A stretch of 64,000 bases of DNA from an uncultured delta proteobacterium (lineage in GTDB: Bacteria; Desulfobacterota; Desulfobaccia; Desulfobaccales; 0-14-0-80-60-11). The stretch lies in NCBI GenBank assembly GCA_963834795.1, contig CAWIDL010000032.1, forward strand, positions 34,979-98,978, in the 5' to 3' direction. Each line of letters opens with the position of its first letter. Within the stretch, counting starts at the first letter, position 1. Positions 10,977-20,049 of the stretch are shown here, one piece after another. The notes under the pieces are model-generated. The model saw nothing but the letters and a program-made list of their open reading frames with translations. It was not told where the DNA came from and made no database searches. Both the position numbers and the translations under genes were made by a program.

Positions 10977-11285
10977 CATGTTCTGGTAGCCGCAGGCTTT
11001 AGCCTGCGCTCTTATTATTGAGGATTTTCACAAGCTTAAGCTGAGCGGCTGCATTTTAAAGGCCTAAAGATGAAGGACATTTTTTATTAAAGAAAAATCT
11101 GAGACCTGACACTGGCAAGACCCCTTGACAGTAGCCTGCGGCCACGATATCAACAGCCCGATGGGTAGGTGCTATTCCTGCCAGCAACCGTTGATCTCTG
11201 TTATAGTAATATTATCCGCATGCCCCTGAGCTGCTGGCGGCTTTGAGGATCAGGCGTTTTTGCCGGATTGGAGGCCCGACACCTT

Positions 11286-12665
11286 ATGCCCCAGAAAATC
11301 TCAGCCGTATCTCAACCACCGGCTTCCTCGAAAGTTTTGGCGCCCGCCGCTCCCGGCACGATCCGGAGTCTGAAGGCGGACCCGCTCATCAAGCTGCTGG
11401 TGCCCCTGCTGCTGGCGCTGACTTTCTGGATGGCCTACGCCTGGGGCTCGCGGGGCGCCTATTGGCAGTGGCTCAGCGGCTACGCTCACGGCTCCGTGTT
11501 GCTGGGCCTGGCTTGCGCCTATAGCCTGATGATGCTGGCCTTACAGATATTACGCACCATTTTTTGGGCCGGCTATCGCCCCTACCCGCTGGCGCAGGGC
11601 ACCTGGCCCACCCTGACCGTCATCATCCCGGCCTATAACGAAGGGGCCATGGTGGAGAAGGCCGTGTCCCACGTGGCGGCCTCCGACTATCCGGCCGACC
11701 GCCTGGAAATCATTTGCATCGACGACGGCTCCCAGGATGATACCTGGGAATTTATCCAGCGGGCCTGCCGCCGCTTTCCCCACCTGGTCAAGGCCATCTG
11801 CTTCCCCGCCAACCGTGGCAAGAAAGAGGCCCTGTACGCCGGCTTCAGCCAGGGCCGAGGGGAGGTCTTCGTTACCGTGGACTCCGACAGCGTCATCGAA
11901 CCGGAGGCCCTGCGCCACCTGGTTTCCCCCCTGATGCAGGATGAGAAGATAGGGGCGGTGGCCGGCAACGTCAAGGTCTTCAACCGCCACCAGAGCCTGA
12001 TGGGCAAGATGCAGGGGGTGCGCTTTATTAACCTTGACTACCTGCGGGCCGCCCAATCCTGGTATCGCACCGTGATCTGCACCCCGGGCTCCCTATCGGC
12101 CTACAGGCGCGGCGCCCTGCTGCCCATCCTGTCCGCCTGGCGGCGGCAGACCTTTCTGGGGGCCCCCTGCCACCACAGCGAAGACCGGGCCCTGACTAAT
12201 TTTATCCTGCGGGCCGGCTACTACACCTGCTACCAGCGCACCGCGGTGGTCCACACCCTGGTCCCCGAAACCTACCGCGGGGTCTGCAACATGTACCTGC
12301 GCTGGGAGCGGGGTAACGTGCGGGAATCCTTCGTCCAACTGAGCTATCTCTTTACCCGATACCGCACCGAACATCGCCTCCTGCCGGTGGTGGAATTCTT
12401 TCTGAGCCAGTTGGAATATCCTCTGGCCTTGCTCTTCTTTGGCCTCCTGCTGGCCTCGATCGCGGCTTATCCCGCGATGATCCTCAATCTGCTGTGGTTG
12501 CTGGCGCTCGGTTCTCTGCTGAATTTAATCTATTATTTTTGGCTGGAACGGGACCTGGATTTCGTCTATGGCGTCATCTACAGCTTCTACGCCTTTTTCC
12601 TGCTGCAATGGATCTATCCTTACGCCTTCGCCACCGTCCGTGACTGCCATTGGCTGACGCGCTAG
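11286..12665 (+). CDS. Processive family-2 glycosyltransferase, hyaluronan synthase/NodC-like
   Basis: IIPAYNE, IDDGS, TVDSDS, GAVAGNVKVFN, SEDRALTN, LRW; two N-terminal and several C-terminal TM segments. Confidence 0.85.
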   Translation: MPQKISAVSQPPASSKVLAPAAPGTIRSLKADPLIKLLVPLLLALTFWMAYAWGSRGAYWQWLSGYAHGSVLLGLACAYSLMMLALQILRTIFWAGYRPYPLAQGTWPTLTVIIPAYNEGAMVEKAVSHVAASDYPADRLEIICIDDGSQDDTWEFIQRACRRFPHLVKAICFPANRGKKEALYAGFSQGRGEVFVTVDSDSVIEPEALRHLVSPLMQDEKIGAVAGNVKVFNRHQSLMGKMQGVRFINLDYLRAAQSWYRTVICTPGSLSAYRRGALLPILSAWRRQTFLGAPCHHSEDRALTNFILRAGYYTCYQRTAVVHTLVPETYRGVCNMYLRWERGNVRESFVQLSYLFTRYRTEHRLLPVVEFFLSQLEYPLALLFFGLLLASIAAYPAMILNLLWLLALGSLLNLIYYFWLERDLDFVYGVIYSFYAFFLLQWIYPYAFATVRDCHWLTR

Positions 12666-12761
12666 GGTCCAGCCATTATGTGAGCGCACCTAACAATATC
12701 TGCGTTTGACTGTCTAAAATAATGAAGGGGTAGGATCTCGCAATTCATTGATAGGCAGGTG

Positions 12762-12887
12762 ATGAACATGGATTTCTTCCTGTTTTCCACTGTATCTTTC
12801 TCCGGCATCTATGCCCTGGCCTGTTGCGTTTTCTGCCTTTGTGACAGCTCGCGCCGGGGCCAGGCGCTCTATCGGCTCCATAAATGA
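12762..12887 (+). CDS. Possible 41-aa hydrophobic Cys-rich small protein (MNMDFFLFSTVSFSGIYALACCVFCLCDSSRRGQALYRLHK)
   Basis: Manually translated; AGGCAGGT upstream; TM-like stretch then basic tail. Below the ORF-track cutoff; no family recognised. Confidence 0.25.
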   Translation: MNMDFFLFSTVSFSGIYALACCVFCLCDSSRRGQALYRLHK

Positions 12888-13108
12888 TCGCCACTTAGTT
12901 AATTCTTGGAAGGCGCAGAGGCTTGCCCAGGCGGCGCCTGGCAAAATCGAGCAGCATCGGGGCGACCCGGCCTACGGAAAATCGGCGGCCACCGGCTGCC
13001 CTAGAAAATCCATTCTCCTTACCAGCTCCTAGGGCTGGCTGTGCCCGCCGCCTTAATTGACAGCAAGCCGGTGGCGCCGGCCCTCCGCCCCTCACCCAAG
13101 TTTCCCTT

Positions 13109-15031
13109 CTAAAATACCAGCGTCGCGAAGGCCCGGGCCAGGAGGGCCAGACCGGTGGCCAGGGCCAGGCTGCTCACCACCGCTACGGCCGCGCCCTTCC
13201 AGCCGATCTCCCGGCTCAAGGCGGCGATGGTGGCGGCGCAGGGGATGTAAAAGAGCACGAAGATGGTGAAGGTGAGAAGCTGCGCCAGGCTCAGGGCCTC
13301 GGTGATGTGGGTGGTACCCAGGGCCTCGGTGAGCATGATGAGGGATAGTTCCTTGCGCATGATCCCGAAGAGCAGGGTGACTCCCACCGCCGCAGGCAGC
13401 CCCAGGAGGGTGGTAAAGGGGCGGCAGGCCTCATTCACGTAGGACTCGAAGCCAAAATATTTCAGCAGGCTCAGGACCAGGCTACCCAGGATGAGGATGG
13501 GCCAGGCCACCACGATAAATTCCTTCAAACTGTGCCAGGACTTGCGGGCCACGTTAACCCAGGTGGGCATTCGGTATTCGGGGATCTCCATGAGCAGCCC
13601 CGGGGAGACCTCCGGCAGGATGAAGGTGGATAGCCGCCCCAATACGGCGATGACCACCAGGTTGAAGAGGTAGACCCCCAGAGCCCAATACGGCCCCAGG
13701 GCGTAGGCCACCAGGGCGAAGATAATTACCGAGCGGGCCGAACACGGGATGAGGATGGCCAGCATGGCCACCACCATTCGGTCCCGGGGGCTCTCCAGGA
13801 TGCGGGTGGACATCACCGAGGGCACACTGCAGCCATAGCCCAGGATGAAAGGGATAATGGACTTGCCATGGAGGCCCATGTGGTGCATGAGGTTGTCCAT
13901 CAAAAAGGCCACCCGGGGTAGATAGCCGCTGTCTTCCAGGACCGCCAGGCCCATGAGGAAGGGAACCAGGTATGGCAGAACGATGGCCACCCCCCCGAAG
14001 ACGCCCATGAGCAGTCCCTCGGCGACGGTGTAGGCCAGGGTCTGGCTCCCCAGCCAGACCTGCCCCAAACTCTGGGCGAGATCCAGGTAGGAGGTGAGAA
14101 AGTTTTCGAGATACTGGCCCACCCTGAAGACCGCCTGAAAAAAGAAGCCCAGAATCAAGACCAGCAATACGTAGCCCCAGAAGCGGTGGGTGGCGACCCG
14201 GTCCAGGCGCTTGCGCCAATCCGGCTTTTCCGCGGCCTTGACCCTCGCCACCTGCTCGAAGACATTGGTGCTCAAGGCGTGGCGTTCCGAGGCGATCACC
14301 GTCTCCGGGGGGCGGCCGTGGCTGTCAGCCAGGATCTTCTGGTGCTCCTTGACTGCCGTCAGGCAGTGGGGATGACGCCGGCCCGCCTCCTCCATCAGAT
14401 AGGGGTCGTCCTCCAGGAGTTTGACCAGCAGAAAGCGGCGGGGCAGGTCCAGTTCACAGGTTCGCTCGCGGTCCAGGCGGTCACTGAGCGTGGCGATCTC
14501 CTGCTCTACGTCGCTGCTGAAGAGAATCTGGGCCGGGCGCACCCCGGTATGCCCGGCCTGAACTGCCCCCTCTAAAAGTTCGGTCAGGCCCCGTCCTGCT
14601 GCGGCCACGGTGGGCGCCACCGGCACCCCCAGGAGTTCCGAGAGTTTCCCGGCGTCGATGCTGATCCCCTTGCGGCCGGCTTCGTCCATCATGTTCAAGG
14701 CCACCACCAGGGGGCGCTCCAGACTCATCAACTCCAGGGTGAGCTCCAGGCTGCGCCCCAGGAGAGAGGCGTCGATGACGTTGATGATGACGTCGGCCTC
14801 TCCGGATAACAGGTAATTCCTGGATTCCAGCTCGGCCTGGTCGGTGGAGGTGAGGGAATAGACCCCGGGCAGGTCCACACAGGTGATCGCCTCGCCCTGG
14901 AACACCACCTGGCTGACGGTATATTTCACCGTGGTGCCGGGAAAGTTGGAGACCGCAGCCTTGTAACCGCTGAAGTAATTAAAAATGGTACTTTTACCGC
15001 AGTTGGGCTGGCCGATGAGGGCAATTTTCAT
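13109..15031 (-). CDS. feoB: Ferrous iron transport protein B
   Basis: G1 GQPNCGKST, G2 NFPGTTV, G3 DLPG, G4 NMMD; LEDSGYLPRVAF; GYGCSVP; PCSAR; LFYIPC. Confidence 0.95.
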   Translation of the reverse strand: MKIALIGQPNCGKSTIFNYFSGYKAAVSNFPGTTVKYTVSQVVFQGEAITCVDLPGVYSLTSTDQAELESRNYLLSGEADVIINVIDASLLGRSLELTLELMSLERPLVVALNMMDEAGRKGISIDAGKLSELLGVPVAPTVAAAGRGLTELLEGAVQAGHTGVRPAQILFSSDVEQEIATLSDRLDRERTCELDLPRRFLLVKLLEDDPYLMEEAGRRHPHCLTAVKEHQKILADSHGRPPETVIASERHALSTNVFEQVARVKAAEKPDWRKRLDRVATHRFWGYVLLVLILGFFFQAVFRVGQYLENFLTSYLDLAQSLGQVWLGSQTLAYTVAEGLLMGVFGGVAIVLPYLVPFLMGLAVLEDSGYLPRVAFLMDNLMHHMGLHGKSIIPFILGYGCSVPSVMSTRILESPRDRMVVAMLAILIPCSARSVIIFALVAYALGPYWALGVYLFNLVVIAVLGRLSTFILPEVSPGLLMEIPEYRMPTWVNVARKSWHSLKEFIVVAWPILILGSLVLSLLKYFGFESYVNEACRPFTTLLGLPAAVGVTLLFGIMRKELSLIMLTEALGTTHITEALSLAQLLTFTIFVLFYIPCAATIAALSREIGWKGAAVAVVSSLALATGLALLARAFATLVF

Positions 15032-15080
15032 ATCATGAAAAAATGGGGCGCCGCCGCCCCCAGGTTTTTCCCTGAAAATC

Positions 15081-15108
15081 TTGACACCTTGATATACTTC
15101 TTTATATT
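15081..15108 (+). promoter_or_regulatory. Sigma70-type promoter for yceD-rpmF
   Basis: TTGACA-16 bp-TATATT about 45 bp upstream of yceD. Confidence 0.6.
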
Positions 15109-15152
15109 AGTAGTTTTATGAATCGTGGCCAAGCCTTTTTTCGGCTCTCTTG

Positions 15153-15698
15153 ATGAAGACCCACAAGACCCTGCAAATATCCGTCAAATCCATTCCCGAA
15201 ACCGGCAAGGAACTGGGCCTGCAGCTGGGAAAGGAGTGGTTTGACCGCTGGCGGGAGGAAGACCCCGGCCTGGAGTTCACCCAGGCGAACATCCGCGGCG
15301 CGGTGAACCTGGCCAAACACGGCAAGGACATCCTCATCCGGGGGGTCCTGGAAGGGCGCCTGGCTCTCTCTTGCAGCCGCTGTCTGGAGCCTTTCGCCGC
15401 CCAGCTGGCCACGGAGTTCGAGGTCCTTCTAATGCCCGCCCCCCAGAGCGAGGCTCCGGATAAGGAAGAATTGTCCGCCCAGGAATTGGACCTGGATGTT
15501 TACTCCGGGGAGACGGTGGACCTGGAGGCCCTGGTGCGGGAACAGATCATCCTGCTGGTGCCCTTGAAGCCGCTATGCCAGGAGGGCTGCCGGGGCTTAT
15601 GCCCCACCTGCGGGGCCAATCTCAACCGGGAAACCTGCTCCTGCAAGGTGGAAAAAGGCGCTGCTTCCCTGGCCCGGCTGGCGAAGCTCAAAGGATAA
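15153..15698 (+). CDS. yceD: DUF177/YceD family protein
   Basis: CSRCLE, DLEALVREQIILLVPLKPLCQEGCRGLCPTCGANLN; sits directly before rpmF. Confidence 0.92.
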   Translation: MKTHKTLQISVKSIPETGKELGLQLGKEWFDRWREEDPGLEFTQANIRGAVNLAKHGKDILIRGVLEGRLALSCSRCLEPFAAQLATEFEVLLMPAPQSEAPDKEELSAQELDLDVYSGETVDLEALVREQIILLVPLKPLCQEGCRGLCPTCGANLNRETCSCKVEKGAASLARLAKLKG

Positions 15699-15740
15699 TT
15701 TAACGGACATTACAGGCAAATTTGCCTAAGGAGATTTACC

Positions 15741-15923
15741 GTGCCTTTACCCAAACGTAGGAAATCTATCTCCAAAAAGAACACGCGCCGGGCTCACGAT
15801 CATCTTCCGGCGCCGCAGTTGTCCAACTGCCCCAAATGCGGGGAGGCCCGTCTGCCCCATCACGCCTGCCCCTCCTGCGGCTTTTATAAGGGGCGCCTGG
15901 TGGTGCCGAAAGCCGCGGAGTAA
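15741..15923 (+). CDS. rpmF: 50S ribosomal protein L32
   Basis: MPLPKRRKSISKKNTRRAH, CPKC...HHACPSCGFYKG; GTG start with AAGGAG RBS. Confidence 0.97.
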   Translation: MPLPKRRKSISKKNTRRAHDHLPAPQLSNCPKCGEARLPHHACPSCGFYKGRLVVPKAAE

Positions 15924-15931
15924 GGAAGACC

Positions 15932-17089
15932 ATGGACTACCTGCTCACCGAGGAGCAACGGATGCTCCAGGATCTGGCCCGCCAGATCGCCCAGGAGCGC
16001 ATCAAGCCCATCCGGGCCCAACTGGACGAAGAAGAGAGCTTCCCCCGGGACATCATCGCGGACCTGGCCCAGGCGGATCTCTGCGGCACCATCATCCCGG
16101 AGTCCTACGGCGGCCTGGGGTTGGGGTGTCTGGAGAACTGCCTGGTCCTGGAGGCCCTGGCGGAGGGCTGCGTGGGGGTAGCCACCACCTATGCCGCCAG
16201 CTTCCTGGGGGCCTATCCGTTGCTGCTTTTCGGCTCCGAGGCGCAAAAAGACCGCTATCTACCCCCTATGGCCCGGGGTGAGGCCTTGTCCGCCTTCTGC
16301 CTCACCGAACCCCAGGCGGGCTCCGACGCCGGGGCGATTGCCGCCACCGCGGTGAGAGACGGCGACACCTACGTCCTCAATGGCACCAAGCAATGGATCA
16401 CCAACGCCGGGGAGGCGGAGTTCTACACCGTCATTGCCCTCACCGACCGCGCCAAAGGGGCCCGCGGCGTCAGCGCCTTGGTGGTGGAAAAGAATGATCC
16501 CGGCATCTCCTTCGGCAAAAAAGAGAAAAAGATGGGCATCCGTGCCTCGGTCACCCGGGAGGTGGTCCTGGAGGACTGCCGCGTCCCCAAAGACCGCCTC
16601 ATCGGCAAGGAGGGACTGGGCTTCATTGTCACCATGAAGACCCTGGACAACGCCCGCCCCGGCGCCGGAGCCCTGGCGGTAGGCCTGGCCCAGGGGGCCC
16701 TGGATGAGGCCGCCTCCTTCGCCAAGGAACGCCATCAGTTCGGGGTCCCCATCTTCTCCTTCCAGGCGGTGCAGCACCTGCTGGCCGACATGGCCACCAG
16801 GATCGAGGCGGCCCGGGCCCTGGTCTACGCGGTGGCGCGCTATATCGACAGCAGCCCCAAGGATTATTCCAAGGAAGGGGCCATGGCCAAACTCTTCCCC
16901 ACCGACATGGCCATGCAGGTGACCGTGGACGCGGTGCAGGTCATGGGCGGCCACGGCTACATGCGGGAATACCCGGTGGAAAAGATGATGCGGGACGCCA
17001 AGATCCTGCAGATCTACGAAGGCACCAACCAGATCATGCGCAACATCATCGGCCTGGCCTTGAATAAAGAATACTCGAGGAAGAAATAG
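15932..17089 (+). CDS. Acyl-CoA dehydrogenase (butyryl-CoA/short-chain type)
   Basis: FCLTEPQAGSDAG, LNGTKQWITN, KMGIRAS, ERHQFG, QVMGGHGYMREYPVEKMMRDAKILQIYEGTNQI. Confidence 0.95.
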   Translation: MDYLLTEEQRMLQDLARQIAQERIKPIRAQLDEEESFPRDIIADLAQADLCGTIIPESYGGLGLGCLENCLVLEALAEGCVGVATTYAASFLGAYPLLLFGSEAQKDRYLPPMARGEALSAFCLTEPQAGSDAGAIAATAVRDGDTYVLNGTKQWITNAGEAEFYTVIALTDRAKGARGVSALVVEKNDPGISFGKKEKKMGIRASVTREVVLEDCRVPKDRLIGKEGLGFIVTMKTLDNARPGAGALAVGLAQGALDEAASFAKERHQFGVPIFSFQAVQHLLADMATRIEAARALVYAVARYIDSSPKDYSKEGAMAKLFPTDMAMQVTVDAVQVMGGHGYMREYPVEKMMRDAKILQIYEGTNQIMRNIIGLALNKEYSRKK

Positions 17090-17120
17090 GGGTTAGGGGT
17101 TAGGGGTTGAGGTTAGGGAT
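17087..17120. repeat. Heptamer array (TAGGGGT)x3 plus degenerate units
   Basis: taggggt taggggt taggggt tgaggt tagggat, starting on the acd stop codon. Confidence 0.85.
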
Positions 17121-17214
17121 CAGCAGCAGGTTCTAATGTAGGGTGCGCACCTCGCACCCCCTTTCTGAATCCCTACCTCAAAATAGCGCCTCTAAAAGTA
17201 AAGGCTTTTCCCTC

Positions 17215-17319
17215 CCCCCTCACCCCAGCCCTCTCCCCCCGCTGGGGGGAGAGGGAGGATTTCAGTAATCTTTCTTTATCCCCTCTCCCCCAATGGGGGA
17301 GAGGGTTAGGGTGAGGGGG
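17215..17319. repeat. Inverted pair of CCCCTCACCC...CTCTCCCC-N-GGGGAGAGGG palindromes (third copy 19084-19121)
   Basis: 17215-17255 and reverse-oriented 17280-17319. The copy at 19084-19121 is nearly identical to the second. Confidence 0.85.
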
Positions 17320-17487
17320 AATTAAATCATTTTTATTTTCCCGCTCCCAAATTGAACTTGGGAACCCATATTGTTTTCAAAGACTTGCTTTTTAGGCCAG
17401 GGGCACCCTGGCCCAAAGATCCGTTCCCAGACTCAGCTTAGGACCAAGATTGAAAGTTTTTGGGATCGAGACTAGGAAAATTTGAAA

Positions 17488-18108
17488 ATGGACCCAATCT
17501 TTACTTTACCATGGTCCGAGTTTTTTATAGCGGATAAACTTCGGCGGCTTCTGTCGCCTAAGAAGGATTATTCCATTTTTATCCCTTTGTCTCGCCAAGA
17601 AAAAGGCATTGACCTTGCGGTTTTATTAAAGACAACTCCAGAAAATAACTCAGCGGTTACTACGATTCAAGTAAAGACATCTCGCATTTGGCATGGAAAA
17701 GCGCCGAAACATAAAAACATCATTCGATACCAATATAATTCCTGGTTTAATCGTTTTGATGTTCCTGAACGGGCTGACTTTATTATCTTAATTGCTATGT
17801 ATACCACAAATATTGACAGACCTGGGAAAGGGTGGAAGGGATGGTATAAAGACTGTTCTCTCCTTTTTACAAACAACGAAATGCATCAATTTTTCAAAGA
17901 TTGTAAAAACAAAAAAGGAGAACCAGATAGTAGTTTTTATTTTGGTTTTAATGACCTGTCTTCAATTATTTTGACTCGAGGCGATATGAATTATCCTAAA
18001 ACTCGGAAGGACTTCGCCGGATTCTTATTGGGAAATAGACTTAATGACATAGAGAGAAAAATAAAAGGTGAAGAGCCGAATGAAACCTTTCCTATAATTT
18101 TGAACTGA
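17488..18108 (+). CDS. AT-rich PD-(D/E)XK nuclease-superfamily protein (restriction-endonuclease-like)
   Basis: SE...EKGIDL...TIQVKTSR pattern; AT-rich compared with flanks; inserted between acd and etfB. Confidence 0.6.
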   Translation: MDPIFTLPWSEFFIADKLRRLLSPKKDYSIFIPLSRQEKGIDLAVLLKTTPENNSAVTTIQVKTSRIWHGKAPKHKNIIRYQYNSWFNRFDVPERADFIILIAMYTTNIDRPGKGWKGWYKDCSLLFTNNEMHQFFKDCKNKKGEPDSSFYFGFNDLSSIILTRGDMNYPKTRKDFAGFLLGNRLNDIERKIKGEEPNETFPIILN

Positions 18109-18138
18109 AAAGATAAGATTCAATCTGACAAATAATTT

Positions 18139-18933
18139 ATGATTAAAATTATTGTCTGCATCAAGCAAGTCCCCGAAACCCAGGAGGTGCGCCTGGACCC
18201 GGTGACCCATACCCTGAAGCGCGAGGGCGTCAAGGCCATCATCAATCCCTTCGACCTCTACGCCCTGGAGGAGGGGCTGCGGGTCAAGGACTCTCAGGGC
18301 GGCCGGGTCACGGTGCTCACCATGGGTCCGCCCCAGGCCGAGGAGGCCCTGCGGGAGGCCATGGGCTATGGCGCCGACGCCGCGGTGCTCCTCTCTGACC
18401 GCGCCTTCGCCGGCGCCGACACCTGGGCCACCGCCCTCACTTTGGCCAGGGCCATCGAGAAAATGGGGGGCACCGACCTGATATTTACCGGCAAGCAGGC
18501 CATCGACGGCGACACCGCCCAGGTGGGGCCCATGCTGGCCGCCATCCTGGAGATCCCTTACGCCTCCTGGGCCCGCAAGCTCAGCTTCCTGGATGGCGGG
18601 GCCTTGAGGGTGGAGCGCCTCCTGGATCACGGTTATGATGCCGTGGAGGTTAAACTTCCGGCCCTGATCACCGTGGTCAAGGAGATCAACGAGCCCCGGC
18701 TCCCCTCCTTCAAGGCCAAATTGAGGGCCAGAAAAGAGGCCATCCCGATCTGGGGCCTGGCGGACCTGGATCTGCCCCCCGACCAGGTGGGCCTGGCCGG
18801 TTCCTTCACCCAGGTGGTGAAGGTCTTTCCGCCGCCGGCCCGGGGCGCCGCGGAAATCTGGACCGGGGAGCCCGGAGAGTTGGCCGGCCGCCTCTGGCCG
18901 CGGCTCAAAGAAATCTCCAAAGCCGCTCTTTAG
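18139..18933 (+). CDS. etfB: Electron transfer flavoprotein beta subunit
   Basis: IIVCIKQVPET, INPFDLYALEEGL, FAGADTWATA, GKQAIDGDTAQVGP, EINEPRLPS. Confidence 0.96.
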   Translation: MIKIIVCIKQVPETQEVRLDPVTHTLKREGVKAIINPFDLYALEEGLRVKDSQGGRVTVLTMGPPQAEEALREAMGYGADAAVLLSDRAFAGADTWATALTLARAIEKMGGTDLIFTGKQAIDGDTAQVGPMLAAILEIPYASWARKLSFLDGGALRVERLLDHGYDAVEVKLPALITVVKEINEPRLPSFKAKLRARKEAIPIWGLADLDLPPDQVGLAGSFTQVVKVFPPPARGAAEIWTGEPGELAGRLWPRLKEISKAAL

Positions 18934-18962
18934 GATAACCGAGGCTCCAAGCCAGTCCGACA

Positions 18963-18988
18963 GGGGACGGGTTTAAAACCCGCCCCTA
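18963..18988. repeat. REP palindrome GGGGCGGG-TTTAAAA-CCCGCCCCTA (copies 25105-25131, 45698-45728)
   Basis: Three near-identical copies read directly; the 45698 copy has perfect 12-bp arms. Confidence 0.9.
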
Positions 18989-19172
18989 TCCTGAATAGGC
19001 TGCCGGTTACCGCCGTCAGGCGGCAGACGCGGCACACCCATAATCTTTCATCCTTGGTCCTATTAATGGGAGCATTATTATTTCCTCTCCCCCGATGGGG
19101 GAGAGGGTTAGGGTGAGGGGGAAATAATCTCTTTTCCGCTCCCATTAATAGCTAAATCGCTGATAGCTTCTA

Positions 19173-19913
19173 ATGGCGCTGCAAGAAGAGTTCGAAAGCC
19201 TCGGCAACCGGTTTTTCCGCTGGCGCAGTTACCTGCCGCTCTTCATGGCCGTGTTATTCTTGGCGGCGTTGTTGAGTCAGCCCGGCGCGGCCTCGCCGGA
19301 GCACCCCGACCGACCCTGGCAAACCGCCTGCCTGCTGGTCTCCCTGGCCGGCCTGGGCCTCCGCTTCTTTACCGTGGGGTTTGCTCCCCGGGGCACCTCG
19401 GGGCGCAATACCCGGGGCCAGGTGGCCGAAACCCTGAACACCACGGGGATGTATTCCCTGGTGCGGAACCCCCTTTACCTGGGCAATTTCCTGATCTGGC
19501 TGGGGTTGTCCCTCTTTATCAAGGTCTGGTGGTGCAGCGTAATCGTCATTTTATGCTTCATCTTATTCTATGAAAGGATCATCTTCGCGGAGGAAGCGTT
19601 TTTGCGGGAAAGCTTCGCAGCCTCCTTCACGGACTGGGCGGCCAGCACCCCGGCCATGATTCCCCATTTCAAGAACTGGAGGGCGCCCTCCCTGCCGTTT
19701 TCCTGGAAATCGGCCCTGAACCGGGAATATTCGTCCTGGTTCGCCACCATCACTTCTTTTACGGTTTTGGCGATCCTGCGGGACAGCCTGCAACACGGCC
19801 GGCTTAAGCTGGATAAGAACTGGGTAATTATTTTCGTCTTCAGCATGGTAATTTATCTGATCATCCGGGCTTTGAAGAAAAAGACACAAATATTAAGTAC
19901 GGTTGATCGATAG
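19173..19913 (+). CDS. ICMT/Ste14-family methyltransferase, LmtA (lipid A phosphate methyltransferase)-like
   Basis: MALQEEFESLGNRFFRWRSYLP, GTSGRNT, LNTTGMYSLVRNPLYLGNF, YERIIFAEEAFL. Confidence 0.75.
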   Translation: MALQEEFESLGNRFFRWRSYLPLFMAVLFLAALLSQPGAASPEHPDRPWQTACLLVSLAGLGLRFFTVGFAPRGTSGRNTRGQVAETLNTTGMYSLVRNPLYLGNFLIWLGLSLFIKVWWCSVIVILCFILFYERIIFAEEAFLRESFAASFTDWAASTPAMIPHFKNWRAPSLPFSWKSALNREYSSWFATITSFTVLAILRDSLQHGRLKLDKNWVIIFVFSMVIYLIIRALKKKTQILSTVDR

Positions 19914-19982
19914 AAGGCATTAAAGGTGGGGCGGCCGTCCCTGGCCGCCCTAAATTGGGCGGGCACGGAGGCCCCCCCCCAC

Positions 19983-20046
19983 CGATGACTGATAACCGAA
20001 AACCGAACACTGAAAACTAAAAACTCGAAACCCGAACTCGAAACCA
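19983..20046. repeat. Degenerate heptamer array (AACCGAA/AACTGAA/AACTCGA-like) upstream of etfA
   Basis: gactgat aaccgaa aaccgaa cactgaa aactaaa aactcga aacccga actcga. Confidence 0.8.
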
Positions 20047-20049
20047 TAT

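Noticed and set aside
11040-11270. Riboswitch upstream of the GT2 gene
   Set aside because: No GEMM or other conserved aptamer motif found; only a possible TTGACA-17-TATCAA promoter near 11125.
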